Shown here: piece by piece, positions 39,143 through 52,496 of the stretch
How the letters are laid out: the number at the start of each line of letters is the position of its first letter
Position numbering within the stretch: position 1 is the first letter of the stretch
Origin: Eledone cirrhosa
Lineage: Eukaryota
Assembly: GCA_964016885.1 (NCBI GenBank)
Contig: OZ024740.1
Location: 113,026,001-113,090,000 of the forward strand
Direction of reading: 5' to 3'
DNA: 64,000 bases
The notes under the pieces: generated by a model
Database searches by the model: none
What the model was told of the DNA's origin: nothing
What the model saw: only the letters and a program-made list of their open reading frames with translations
Translations under genes and position numbers: made by a program

Positions 39143-41671
39143 ATGTTCAAAATATTATGTTCAAATAATATGTTCAAAAACAACCAAAGAAACTTCTACA
39201 GAAAAATTGGTAAGTCAACAATAACTGCTAAATCAATACCACCCAAGGAGGAAGTGCAAGAATTCTGGGAAAAGATCTGGGCCGAAGAAAAAGTTCATAA
39301 CATACATGCCCCATGGATAGACAGACAAATGAAAGATACAGCTCACCTTGAGGAACAAACATGGGAAAATATAACAGTTGAACAGTTGCGCTTGGCTCTA
39401 AGAAAAACCAGCAAATGGAAATCCCCAGGAAAAGACAAAATACAAAACTTTTGGATAAATGCCTTCACAGAGTCTCATGAGCTGTTAGCCCAACTTTACA
39501 ATGAAATAGTTAAGGAGCCAGAAAAGATACCTTCATGGCTAGTTAACGGCATTACATTCCTGCTTCCGAAGAATGATGAGACAAACAATCCCAAAAATTA
39601 CAGACCGATAACTTGCTTGACCACAATGTATAAAATGTTAACATCAGTCCTAACTGAATACACATATGACCACCTGATAACAAATGACCTATTTCCCATT
39701 GAGCAGAAAGGGTGTAAACGAGGCTCATATGGCTGTAAGGATCAGCTTCTGGTTAACAAAATGATACTGGAAGATTGTCATAATAGACACAAAAATCTAT
39801 CGATTGCTTGGATAGATTATAAAAAAGCATTAGATAGTTTGCCACACAGTTGGATTGAAAAATGTTTAGAGATTTTCAAAGTATCCCCCGTTGTCAGGAG
39901 GTTTTTGTCATTCAGTATGAAGACATGAAAAACGACACTCCTTTTGAATAGTGAAACAAAATCACTGGAAGCTGGAGAAGTTAATATTAATTGTGGAATT
40001 TTTCAGGGTGGCTCTTTATCACCGCTTTTATTCTGCATCGCACTTATACCATTAAGTAAAATGCTCAATGAAACAAAACATGGATATAAAGTCTATGACA
40101 AAACCATTAATCACCTGTTCTACATGGATGACCTGAAACTATTTGCAAAAAATGATGAACAATTGCAAGGGCTATTATCCACTGTGAAGCAGTTCAGTGA
40201 TGACATTAAAATGGAGTTTGGACTAGATAAATGCGCCAAAGCAACGTTCACCAGAGGAAAGCTGCTGAAGAGTTCAGACATTAATCTTGATCGGGGGAAC
40301 GTGATAAGAGAACTTGATCAAGAAAAAACTTACAAATATTTAGGTGTTTGTGAAGGAGACGGAATCAAGCACTCGACAATGAGGGAAAGGATAAGGAAGG
40401 AATGTTACCGCAGAGTAAAAGCAATCTTAAGAACGGAATTGAATGCAAGGAATAGGATCGATGCCATAAACACGCTTGCCATACCAGTAGTAACCTACAG
40501 TTACAATGTCATCAACTGGTCAAGCACAGAGATCCGTAGGCTCGATACAAAAATTCGAAAATTCTTAACCATGCACAGAATGCATCACCCTAAGGCAGAT
40601 ATAGATAGAATATATCTCCCTAGGAAAGAAGGAGGACGTGAGTTAATCCAGTTAGACATTGTGTTGAAAACTGCAACAATTGGATTATCTACATATCTAA
40701 GGGAATCACATGATTGGATGATCAAACTCGTTTTGAAACACGAAAGCATCAAAAGATCATATTCCATTACAAAAGATGCACAAAGATACAGTAATGGACT
40801 ACAAATTTCAGAAGTCCTATTTACTGCTGAAATGGAAAACACAGAAAAAGCAAAGCAGGTAAAAGTAACTGCAAAGAAAGAACTGCTACAGAAACTGGCT
40901 AAGAAATGGCAAGAAAAGCCTCTGTATGGAAAATACCCAGAGCGAGCTAACAATCCTGATGTTGACAAAACTTTAACCCATCAGTGGTTGGCATCCTCTG
41001 GACTGAAATCGGAGACTGAAGGACTGATTATATCGGCACAAGATCAGTGTCTGCCAACAAAAAATTACCAAGCCAACATAATAAAAAATGGGTGCAGCCC
41101 ATTATGCCGTGTATGCAAAAAACAATCAGAGACCATTGACCATATAATTTCAATGTGCAGTCCTATAGCTCCAACCGAATACCTAAACAGGTATGACAGA
41201 GCTGCACAATACATACATTGGATAATGTGTAAGCATTTTGACCTGCCCCATCAAAAGAATTGGTGGGAGCATCAACCACCTCCCATACTTGAAAAAGATC
41301 ACATCTCAATCTTGTGGAACTTTAGCATCCAAACAGACCGAAAAATAGATGCAAACAGACCTGATATAATATTGAAAGACTTTCAAAAGAGGGTATTCCT
41401 GCTAATTGATATGTCTGTTCCAATAGACAAGAATGTATCTATAAAAACATTTGAAAAATTGAGCAAGTATAAGGACCTGGAGATAGAAATTGGAAAAATG
41501 TGGAAATTGAGAACTAAAACAATACCAGTGGTTGTAGGCGCTCTGGGAATGATACCTAAGGGGTCTAGTGATTACATATCGCAAATCCCAGGAAACCCGC
41601 GTATAGGAGAAATATAAAAGATAGTACTAATGGGAACTGCCCATATACTAAGGAAGATTCTGTCAATATAA
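39143..41671 (+). pseudogene. RT-RLE polyprotein with in-frame stops at ~39928 and ~41617
   Basis: WKSPGKD, YRPITCL, IDYKKALDS, GIFQGGSLSPLLF, YMDDLKL, CRVC..ETIDHIISMC, RPDIILKD, GTAHILRKILSI*. Confidence 0.92.
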
Positions 41672-41814
41672 GTACATCACAAGTCTAAACACTAAAGCTG
41701 CATGTGTGAATATGTATGTTCTTTCTTGAACATGGCGGACCTTGTTGTCTCTTGAGGTGACTGGTTGTGACTTGGTGATAACTCGTATGAACATAAAGCA
41801 AGATAAATGCAACT

Positions 41815-41815
<1 letters not shown>
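39143..41815 (+). mobile_element. R4/Dong-like LINE (family A), 5'-truncated, in (TAA)n
   Basis: RT + CCHC + restriction-like endonuclease; (TAA)n on both sides. Confidence 0.92.
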
Positions 41816-41886
<71 letters not shown>

Positions 41887-42829
41887 GCAATTTCACCACC
41901 ACCACCACCAATCTCAGCATAATAATAATAATTGCTATTATTAAACAAAATGTTTAATCCAATATTAAGAAAATATGTCAACACATATACGCGACTAACC
42001 CCATAGATTCAACGATCAAACAAAATACAGTCTATTCAACAAAACTCAGTAACGACAACGCCATCACTACAGTCACTGCCGCCGCCGCCCATCCATCATT
42101 ACTACCACTATCCCATCATCGCCGCCACCACTCCTTCATTGCTACGACCGCTATCCCCCCATTACCTCCTGTTAACTTACGAAAGGTGAAGATGGCGGTA
42201 TCACTAGACAATATTAATAAACAAGATTAATATTTAATTTTGGATCAGGAATGTTAGAGTCGAAAAGGAGGAAAATGACAAAATGACTAAATAACTACTA
42301 ACCACCACTACCACGATCAAAACTCTGGTCAAGTCGACTTAAACGCTATTTCTACTCCAACTTCAACACCATCACTACAGTAATACGATCACATTACCAC
42401 CACCACTGCCTCATTATCGCTACCGCCGCTATTCTCTCCCACTACCTCCTGCTAGTTGCTGCTAGCACAGCACCGCCACTACCACCGCCACCGCTGCCTC
42501 ATTATCACTACCGCCGCTATTCTCTCCCGCTACCCCCTGCTACATTGTAGAATCCCCCTAAAAGAGGAAGGCATCAAAATATATAAATAGACTGAATTGA
42601 TGACCCGGTCATAATCAGAAAAACAAAAATCAAAATCAAAGCAGCACAGCAACAACGAAAAACGTAAAGAAAATTAAAATGAAGAGAAAAACAAACAGAC
42701 GGACAGAGAAGAGAAGGGAAAAACTAAGTCAGACATTCAAACACTACATTACAATGAAACTTATGCTTATTCATTTTTTTTTGGGGGGGGGGGGGGGGGG
42801 CCTGTTTATTTGTTTGTTTATTTATGTTC

Positions 42830-45800
42830 GTCTACAGCGTGATAATGCCACACAAAAATCACGTGGAGTGACAAAACCACCGGAGGCGATGAATTCACCG
42901 GTGGTTATGTAACCATATATTCGCCAATCCTCCATAAGAGTGTTTAAATGTCGAACCTAAACAGTTCGAATAACGGTGAAATAGAGACTAGAATGTCATG
43001 TGACAGACTCTCACCCAACAGGTGCTCCCTGGCTCGGCAGCAGGGATCTGGCTGTCAACCAAATACTGCTGGTGTCGGAGGAAGAAGAAGAAGGAAAGGG
43101 ACCAGAACCAACTGGACGAAAGAATTGAATAGAACTGTTATGCAATGTTACCTGAAGAGTAACCCCAAGGAGAAAGGCTATAGGAAACGGATGCATAACA
43201 TCTGGAACGAGAATGGTCTATTTAAATTAGATGAACAAAAATTGGCCGGGCAAGCTCGGGTAATAAGAACTAATGGGTGGATAAGCGAGCTGGAACTGGA
43301 GGAACTGAGCAGAGAGGTTAGCTTGGAGATGGAGGGTGGAGTATGCCAGGCAAACGAGCCAGTGGGAAATGAAGGCGAAGAGGTCGAGAGAACGGAGGAA
43401 CCACCCGAAGCAGACAATGATCTGAATGCTGAGATAAATAATACCTGGAACAGAGATACGGCCACCGAGGAGATGAATTCTGACGGGCTAGGACAAGATT
43501 TGGTTGATATCCTAAACTTAGTGGTAGATGAATTGAACAATGATAGTGGGAGACCTATGAACCTAAGATTTTTAGACAGGAAAAAGTTAAAAGAAACAAC
43601 AGCTAAGGTAAACAAAGTCACCCCATACCTTGAGGCGAGGAGCCTTCACCAGTGCAACAATATCCTCAAAGCAACAGCAAATACGGTGAGGAAACTATTT
43701 GGTATAAAGCCGAGAGGAAACAACAGACAAGAAAGAGCAGAGCCTTGGTGGAAGAAAAGACTGAGTGGTTAAATCAGGGAAATGAGAAATGACATTGGAA
43801 AGCTTGAGTCCCTACTGAATGGGACACTAAAAAACATAGACACTAAAAATAGACTGGAAATAAAGTACAAAACTAGTAGGAAAAAGCTAAATATTATCAT
43901 AGAGGAACTGAAGCAACGCATTATAGCAAAGAGTGCAAAAATCAGGCGATACGAGAACAGAGTCAGTCAGTATAGACAGAGCCGCATGTTCGACAACAAC
44001 CAGAAGATGCTGTTTGGAGAGCTTGAAGGGAAAGAAAGAGGCAACGACTTGCTCCCTGAGGCGGAACAACTAAAACATTCTGGAGAGGAATATGGGAGCA
44101 GGATGTTAAACATAATTACCAGGCAGTGTGGATTGAAACAGTACAGAAGGAGATTAGTGAACAGGCACACCAACAAACTGATTTGAGTATCACAGTTGAA
44201 ACTCTTAAGGGGCAGGCCAAAAAACTAACCAACTGGAAATCACCAGACCCAGATGGTGTGCAGGGGTATTGGATTAAAAATATAACATCCCTCCACCCGA
44301 AACTGACAACCATGTTCAATGACTGCTTGATGTCAGGTGAGGTACCAGAGTGGTTGACAAAAGGTACCACAGTTCTGATAATGAAAGACCGAATCAAGGG
44401 TAATGATGTTACCAACTATAGACCTATCACATGTCTGTCCGTAATGAGGAAACTGTTGACAAGCATTATGTCTGAGGAAATCTACCATCACCTCCACACA
44501 AACAACTTGTTATCGGACGAACAGAAAGGATGCCGAAAGAAGTCACGTGGTACAAAGGACCAGTTACTTATGGATAAGATGGTAATGAGGAATTGCAAGA
44601 GGAGACACACTGGTCTTGCCATGGGATGAATAAACTACAAAAAGGCATTTGACATGGTGCCTCATTCTTGGATCACCAAAAGCCTGGAGATCTTCAAGGT
44701 GGCAGATAACATCAGACAGTTGTTGGGCAAAAGTTTGAACTCCTGGGAAACAGAGTTAACATCAACTGGAGAATCCTTGGGAAGCGTGAAGATCAAGAGA
44801 GGTATCTTCCAGGGAGATAGTCTGTCCCCTCTGTTGTTTGTCCTTGCCCTGATGCCCCTGACCAGTGTACTGCGAAAAGTGAGAGCAGGATACAGGTTGG
44901 GAAAGGGAGGGCTTACCATCAATCACCTCCTCTTCATGGACGATCTTACGCTCTTCGGGAAGAGTGAGAAGGAGTTGGATGTGCTTGTTGACACTGTCCG
45001 TATTTTCAGCAAAGATATATGTATGCAATTTGGTATTAGTAAGTGTGGAGTCATTGTGATGAAGAGGGGTAAGTTGAGCAGAAGTACCGGAATCCAGGTA
45101 CCAACAGGTGAGATGATAAAGGAAATTGACTCTGAAGAAGGATACAAGTATTTGGATGTTCTGGAGGCTGATGACATCAAGAACAAAAAAATGAAGGAAT
45201 TGATAAGAACTGAATACATTCGGAGAGTAAGGAGCGTATTAAAGTCACATCTGAACAGTAGGAATGCCATAAGTGCAGTAAATTCCCGAGCTGTGTCTAT
45301 TATTAGGTACAGTGCGGGAATTCTTAGATGGAATGTTGCTGAACAAAAAGAAATGAATAGGAAGACTAGGAAGCTATTTACTATCTACAACATGTTCCAC
45401 AAGAGGAGTGATGTCGATAGACTCTACTTAAGGAGATCTGAAGGTGGAAGTGGTCTTATCAGCAGAGAGGACTGTGTTCAGATGGAGAAAAACAACCTAC
45501 ACAAATACGTGACTGATAGTAAGGAGCCAATGCTCAGAACTGTACTGAAGGAGGGGAGAATAGGCCAGGGGATGTCCAAGAAGGAAATAACATCAAGGAG
45601 AAAGAGCAGCCTTCAGGAAAAATCCCTTCATAGTACTTTCTTTGAGAAAACTGAATTTAGAGATCCACAGACATGGAACTGGTTGAAAAGAGGAGACCTT
45701 AAAAAGGCTACAGAAGGAATGTTAATGGCTGCGCAGGAGCAGGCCCTCAAAACGAAGGGGTTGAAACACCATATTTACAAGGAGGAGGCTAGCCCACTGT

Positions 45801-46446
45801 GCAGGATCTGTGGAGAGAGAGAGGTGACTGTGGCTCACATTGCATCCGAGTGTAAACACCTAGCCCAGACTCACTATAAGGGCTGGAGACATGATGTGAT
45901 GGGCAGGGTGATCCACTGGCACCTATGCAAAGTAAACAATTTACCACATTCTGAGAAGTGGTATGAGCATAAGCCAGAGGCGGTGATAGAAAAAGATCAG
46001 GTGAAGGTGCTGTGGGATGGTAGGATACAGACGGACAAGAAACTGGAACACGATAGACCTGACCTGGTGGTTGTGGACAAAGAAAAAAGATCGTGCCTGA
46101 TTGTGGATGTGGACTGCCCATTCGACACGAGAGTACAAGAGAAGGAGAGGGAGAAAATTAACCGATACCAGGACTTAAAGTGGGAGGTAAAAAGGATTTG
46201 GAACTGCCATGAAGTCAAAGTGATCCCGATTGTCATAGGCGCACTAGGGACTATCTCAAAAAGTTTCCAGGGATGGTTAAAGAAAATTGGCCCCTTCACG
46301 CTTTTTGGAACGCTTCAAAAGGCATGCTTGCTGGGAACAGCAAGAACCCTCCGATACGTCCTGAATATCTGAGGCTGCAGGTAGTGGCTTGATATTCATT
46401 TCAACAAACTTTCCAGTTAACTAACATCAATGACTGAGACTCAAAG
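42830..46446 (+). mobile_element. R4/Dong-like LINE (family B), apparently full length
   Basis: Single long disrupted ORF with 5' UTR and (TAA)n tail; 5' boundary approximate. Confidence 0.9.
42948..46372 (+). pseudogene. RT-RLE polyprotein (stops at 43772 and 44629, frameshift ~44070)
   Basis: PWWKKRL, GIFQGDSLSPLLF, FMDDL, CRICGEREVTVAHIASEC, RHD, RPDLVVVD. Confidence 0.92.
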
Positions 46447-46715
46447 AATAATAATAATAATAATAATGCTTTTTTATTAACCACAAGGGTTTACATAAAG
46501 TAGATATTAAGGACAACAGTACAGGACAATACAGGACGGTACAAATGGGCATTTCTGCGTGTAAAAAAAACAGAGGATGTAATAAAAAATAACAATGAAA
46601 AATTCCCCAATAGGGGGGAGACTTTCGAGGGACATTTGTGGAGAAAGCCCATTAAAAGGCCACAGTGACCCTGACCATCAGGGCAAGTCCCCTCTCCAAG
46701 TTTTCCACCTTTAAT

Positions 46716-49700
46716 TTACAGACACATACTCAGAGTAGGCCCATTCACTCGGGCCATACTTGCTTCTCTCACCCATCTTTCAACAAAATGCTGGGAAGAG
46801 AGCACTTCCCTCTCTACCCTGATTCTCATTTTCAAATGAAATTTGAAAAAGTTAATCAGGGCATCATCGAAGAGGTAAGTGCTCGTCTTCAGCCCTTTCA
46901 AACGTGTCCCCCATACTATCTCTTTCGCCATGGCTACCAGACAGATAAAAATCTGCCTGCCCTTCCCGGCTAAATGAAGAGTGCGGGGCAATCCTCACGA
47001 TGGACTCAGCTGTTAGCTGGATCCGTCATACACGTGACAGCAGGTGTTCAGCAGGTGTTCCATGCCTGTAGAGTTTATCCCCAACTGGCAGAGCTCCTCT
47101 GTAGCACTGCCAGGCTAGGGATTTCTGGAAGTTCTCCATAGGCCCCGGCCCGAAAATCCTTCCGAAGAGTTTGGCTAGTTGATTTTCGTCGACGCCTAGA
47201 GTTTCGCCAAATACGTCGTCGCTCTTCCCCTCTACTAATACTCTATAGAACGCCAAGGTGGAGTTTCCACCGATCATATTGCCCGATTGGTCGAGGGCTG
47301 TGAGCGCCTGAAGACATTCCAATCTCCAAACGCTCCCTCTCGGTCTTCGCTTGACCCAGGACTGCAGCTCCGTCAAGGAGACGAGCTGGGGAAAGACGCG
47401 TCTAGCAAACGGCGACCACACCTTATCACCGCCGAGGAAGAGGTGGAGATGTCGTAGCCTGAGCGCGTGTCTGCGCATCATCAGCCACGGCATGCCCAGC
47501 CCTCCACGTAACGGGTGTTGACAGCAGATGGACAGCCTGACCATCGGAGCGCGTCCCTTCCACAAAAAGCGAAAGAGCAAACGCTCCAGCGCAGTCAGGC
47601 GGGGCTTAGGACAAGGTACGACGGTCAGGCGGTAGTAGATGACGGACGCGATGTACGCGTTAGCCACCTCCGCTTGACCTTTCAGGGATAGCTACCTCTA
47701 CGCCCATTTCTGGGTGAGAGAAGCCACCTTGCTCGTCACCTCGTCCCAGTTTTTGTCCGTCTGGAGGTCCGGACCGAACCAGACCCCTAGCAATTTAACT
47801 GGTCCGTCCGTCCAGCGCCCGACGCCGCTGTTGAACGGCATGGACCTGCCTCTCCAGGTGCCGAGCTGCAGGCCCACTGACATTTTCTGGTCGATCATTG
47901 CTCCTGTCACCGCCTCGTATTCTCTTAGTGTAGTGCCGATCGCCTCGATGTGTTTGGCGTTCGACACCACTACAGTGACATCTTCCGCATATGCTGACAC
48001 GGATCTTCCGCATCCTAGCTCGTGCGGGACCCCCTCAACCTCTCAAGTTTGTGCAGTAATGGCTCGAGAATCAATACGTACAAGAGGAACGAGAGGGGAC
48101 ACCTTTGGCGGACCGAGCGCATGATGTTGAACGGTTCCGAGAGGTGACGGTTCACTCTCACCACAGAGTAGATGTCGCTGTGCATGGCAGCGATCCAGCC
48201 TCTGAAGACGGGCCCAAAACCAGCCGCCCTCAGGACTGCCGCTAGGTAACGATGGTCGACCCTATCGATAGCTTTCGACTGATTTAAATTGATCAAGGAC
48301 CCACCCGTGCCAGGTTCCCTAGCTACCCTCTCTACGATGTATCGCATGAGGTAGAGGTAGTCGTGGATGGATCTGTCGGGAATGGCGCACGTCTGCGCCT
48401 CTCCCACCAGACCACCAACGACAAGCGCCGACCTCTTTGCTAGCACCTAGGCCAAAATCTTGAACTCTGTGTTTAGCAGAGTTATGGGCATGAAATTATC
48501 TATGTTATCCCCCTTGTTCGGATCCTTTCTCAGCAACGCCACAGTTCCTCGGCTCACAGAGCTGGGAATTCTCCCGTTCTGTTGAAAGTTGCAGTAGACG
48601 TCCGCCAAGAGTCCTCCAAACAAGTCTGGCATCTGTGCGTAAAGTTCATAGGGCAGACCATCCAAACCAGGCAATTTACACCTTGTGCAGCCAGTCATTG
48701 CCTCCCGTACTTCAGCGGCCGTTATCGGCTTTTCGCAACACTCCGCCTCAGTGGCCGAGAGCTGCGGCAGTCTGTCGAGGTAGACACTAAAGTCCATCCC
48801 TCGATCTAGCCCGCCACTTCCCCCGAACATCTGTGCGAAGTGTCGCTGAAAAGTTTCACACATTTGCCCGGGATCGAGTAGCATGTGCCCGTCGTGGTCC
48901 ACCAAAGACCGGATCGTGGCTTTGTTGCCACGACGCGCCTCAGCCACTCGGGCCCATTGAACGGCTTTCGTCCCCTCGTGTCAGAGCACGCACCCTAGCT
49001 CTGACAACACAGCCTTGGTGCTTTGCCTTGAAGAATTGGTCAAGGGCCAATTTCGCCGCAAGTACGTCGCTCGCGATGCCTTTGCTAAACGCCTCGTCTA
49101 ATTTTCTAACTAATTCTCCCTCTGCTCTATTTTTCTCTATTGCTAAAGCCTTACTAAACCTAATGGACTCTATTCTAATCGCTCTTTTCAGAGCAAACCA
49201 CCACTTGTTGTTGACGATGGCCCCGTCAACGCCCGCTTAACTAGTTCGCTAATCCGGTCTCTGTAGGCCTTGCGCGCTGGTAAGGACGCGTTTAGCTTCC
49301 AGTAGCCGGGTCCTCGTCTATGAAGCTTATCTAAGTCAAGGACACAGATCACGAATTTGTGGTCCGTGTAGCTGCCTATCTTGAATTGTGGACAGCCTAT
49401 GCTAGACCTATCTATTTCCCTACAAAATACTCTATCTAGATATGATCTGGATGACCCTATGCGATTTGTCCAAGTCCACATTGGCACATTCGGGAAATCC
49501 AATCGGTACCTGTCAGACAGTTCAACACGCCTAAGCGGGTTGGTGAGGCTCTTGCACCCTCCTCCCCTATCCGCTAATCCCAAACATTCCCAGCGTGCAT
49601 CTAAGATCCCGTTCCAGTGAGCCCACTAACACTAAATAGCGGGACGTTCCAAGAAAGGTCTCCAGACACCGGAAGAAGTCAGGCCGCCCTGCTCCCGTCG

Positions 49701-50040
49701 GGGCATAGACGGCCACTAGCCTGAAAGCTTGCCCGTCTCCGCTGGTCACGTCTAGCACGACCAACTTACCTTCTGGGTCCAGGAAGATGGCCCGTATGGC
49801 GAGATCCAAACCTCTCCGAAAAAGCACAGCAACTCCTCCCCCCGATCCAGGACGGCTGGGAGATGCGTACACATCGTAGCCGCCAAACATCGGTGTGAAG
49901 GCCCGTGCTTCGGAGATTCTGGTCTCGCTGATGGCCACTACATCTATGTTTAGTGACCTGAGGTCGTTGAGCAGGTGACCCTGCTTCCATGACGACCCCA
50001 AGCCACGCGCATTTATGCTGCCTATTCTGAGGGATGTCAT
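46716..50040 (-). pseudogene. ORF2: APE endonuclease + RT; frameshifted
   Basis: INARGL, ISETR, VYAP, SYLDR, TDHK, WKLN, PGLDGLP, VRQRCPLS, AYAEDVT; collinear with element 1. Confidence 0.92.
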
Positions 50041-50075
50041 GTTTAAAATAGAGTGGAAAAGATGGGAAAGACCAC

Positions 50076-52212
50076 TTACCGTACCTTTCGTAGAGGAAGG
50101 ATGGTTTTTCCATCCCTTTTCACTTGATCGTCTGGTGAAGGGACCGTTGAATCGTCCCTTCGGCTGGTCGTCGGCTTTTCCATGAGTATGTCCGAATATA
50201 CTCTTCGGTTGAGAGTCCCTCCTAGGTCTCTGAAATCACCAGCTGCGTTGGGGAATTTCGTTTTAATGTTTGTGTATTGTTTCTGTGCTATTTTTAGCAG
50301 ACTTATGTTCGTTGGCATTTTGATTTGTGCTGGTATTATGTAGTCGTGCTGTGAAATGTCTGTGTGTTCAATTATGTAAGTCATTAGTTTCTTGTTGTGT
50401 GTATTTATTGCCGTGCATTTGTTTTTCTGGGGGTGGGGTGTGGTTCTGCTATTTTCTTGTCGTTGTTGCTGGGTGTGTGTGTTTTGTTGTTGTGTTTGCG
50501 ATGTTGGTGCTTGTGGTAGTGGTGTTGAAGGTGTTGTTCTTGTTGGCGGTGGGGTTGTCGCCGGTGGTGATGGTGGTGCTAGTGTGGGTGGTGATGGTGT
50601 TGGTGGTGTTGCTGCTGTGAGTCTCTTTGCAGTAGCCTTTACCCTTTTTTCATTTCTTTCCCCCCTTTTCGAAGGCGACGATGCGCTGCTTCTGAGTTTG
50701 TGCCTGCTTACGACGTTTTGCCATCCCTCTCCCACCTCACACTCCATGTCTGATTCTGTGAGATCGGGGAGGAGTACCAGCTCCACTCTTTCACTTGTTG
50801 TTGTTGGTGATGTTTGCACTGGAGTCTCTGTTGCAGCTGCATTTGGTATTACTGTTGTTGTTGTTAATACTTCCACTGCTGCTGATGTTTTTGATTTCCG
50901 TGGCGTGGGTATGGGTGCCACGGACCTATCGTTCCTGGTTTCCACTTTCCTGTTGCTGATAGCCGTGGAGCCGGTTTCGGAAGGAGGGGGGTTTTCTCCT
51001 TTCTCATGGTCTTCTCGTTGCAGAAGGCCCTGAGGTGAGTCTTCGATCCACAGCGAAAGCATTTCGGGCGTTTGCCCTCAACACTTATGGGCAGTTGAGT
51101 GCCGTTATCGAAGTCTATCACACCCGGGATAGCTTCGATGCACTCCTGGTTGGTTTGGATTAACATCTCAATGGAAGTGCCGACCCAATCTTCTCTTACT
51201 TTTTTCTGTACTTGCAGTACAGTTGCTTTGTCCTCGATTCCGATGAGGACAGACGCGGCCAGCCAAGAAGGGGCATCTCGGGGGGTACGTGGGTCAGTTT
51301 GACCCTCACAATTTTTTGCCCGCAGTAGGAGGGCACCAACACCATTTCCTCGCTCCTTAGGGTCACTAAGGATTGAGCCTTTGCCTCCTGGGGTGTGGCA
51401 AAAAGCACGTCTCCGGTGGCATATTTCTTGCCTCGGGTGATATGCGTTTTCCGCTGCCACACAGACCCTAAGGCTTTTTGTATTTGAGCCTCTGTGGCTC
51501 TTTCAACCCTACGGGATTTTGTGCTTACTGTACGGTACGTGACCGTACAGTGCTGTTGGGTTTCGAAAAAATTTTCGGCTGCCTTGCAGATTGCTAGGTG
51601 TCCGGTTTTCGTCACCATCTTCTTCGCTTCCTGTAATTCCTCATTTGTTATGAGGATGGTTTCCAGGTTCTTTGCGATACCTGCAGACGAGATTGGTTTT
51701 TCTTTGCTGCTGTTGTTGTTGTTGTTGTTGTTGTTGTCGTCAGAGCTGCTGTTTCTTTTGTTGTTGCTGCAGGTACTACGACTACTGCCGCCGCCGCTGT
51801 TGCTGTGGTTGTTGTTGCTGCTGCTGCTGTTGTTGTTGCTGTTGCTGCTAATGCTGTTGTTGTTTATGCTGCTGCTGATGCTGTTGCGGCTGCTACTGTT
51901 GTTTTCCTTGTCACTGTTGCTGTTGTTATTACGGCTGCTACTGCTATTATTCCTGACGTCAGACGAATGAAATGGGTTTTCGTATTTCCCGCACACCTTT
52001 TTCGTCGTTGTCGTCGTCGTCGTGGAGAAATCTTGCACGCTTTGCACGTGATTTTTCTTTTCTGGCGTCGTTTGCGAAAGAGAAGGGAGGGAGAGAGACA
52101 CATTTAGAGAAGGGAGGGAGAGAGACAATCTTCTCTCTGCTGTAGTGACGATTGAGGAAGAAGAAGACGGAATGAGTGGGAGTGACCTATGAAAATTTTT
52201 TTTCGTAGCCAT
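50076..52212 (-). pseudogene. ORF1 (gag-like, CCHC knuckle); frameshifted
   Basis: EGKRPKCFRCGSKTHLRAFC; Asn/Ser-rich N-terminus; Pro/Thr/Gln-rich linker. Confidence 0.85.
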
Positions 52213-52427
52213 GTTGTTTTTTTGTTTAAAATAAATATTGGGCACAAAACCCCAATAGGTGGTTATTTAACCCCGAAGGGCCAAATAACGGGCAGAAAGA
52301 CCCCTCTCACGAGGAGGAGGGTGTTTTTGTCTACAATTTGGTTAAAGTTTTAAACAATTTACAATTGATATAGCGGTCAAAATTTACAATACCTTACAGA
52401 ACCGAGCCTCCGTCAACCATAGCATTC

Positions 52428-52494
<67 letters not shown>

Positions 52495-52496
<2 letters not shown>

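Larger units (their letters stand above)
46468..52427 (-). mobile_element. Tx1/L1-like non-LTR retrotransposon 2, full length, flanked by (TAA)n
   Basis: 5' UTR, ORF1, ORF2, 3' UTR ending ttaataaaaaagc; (TAA)n at 46447-46467 and 52428-52496. Confidence 0.92.

Noticed and set aside
42050-42545. Degenerate CCA/CCG/CTA-rich repeats
   Set aside because: Ordinary decayed trinucleotide repeats with short local duplications.
44662-46299. Antisense ORFs over the LINE coding regions
   Set aside because: Expected shadow frames of coding sequence with no independent motifs.
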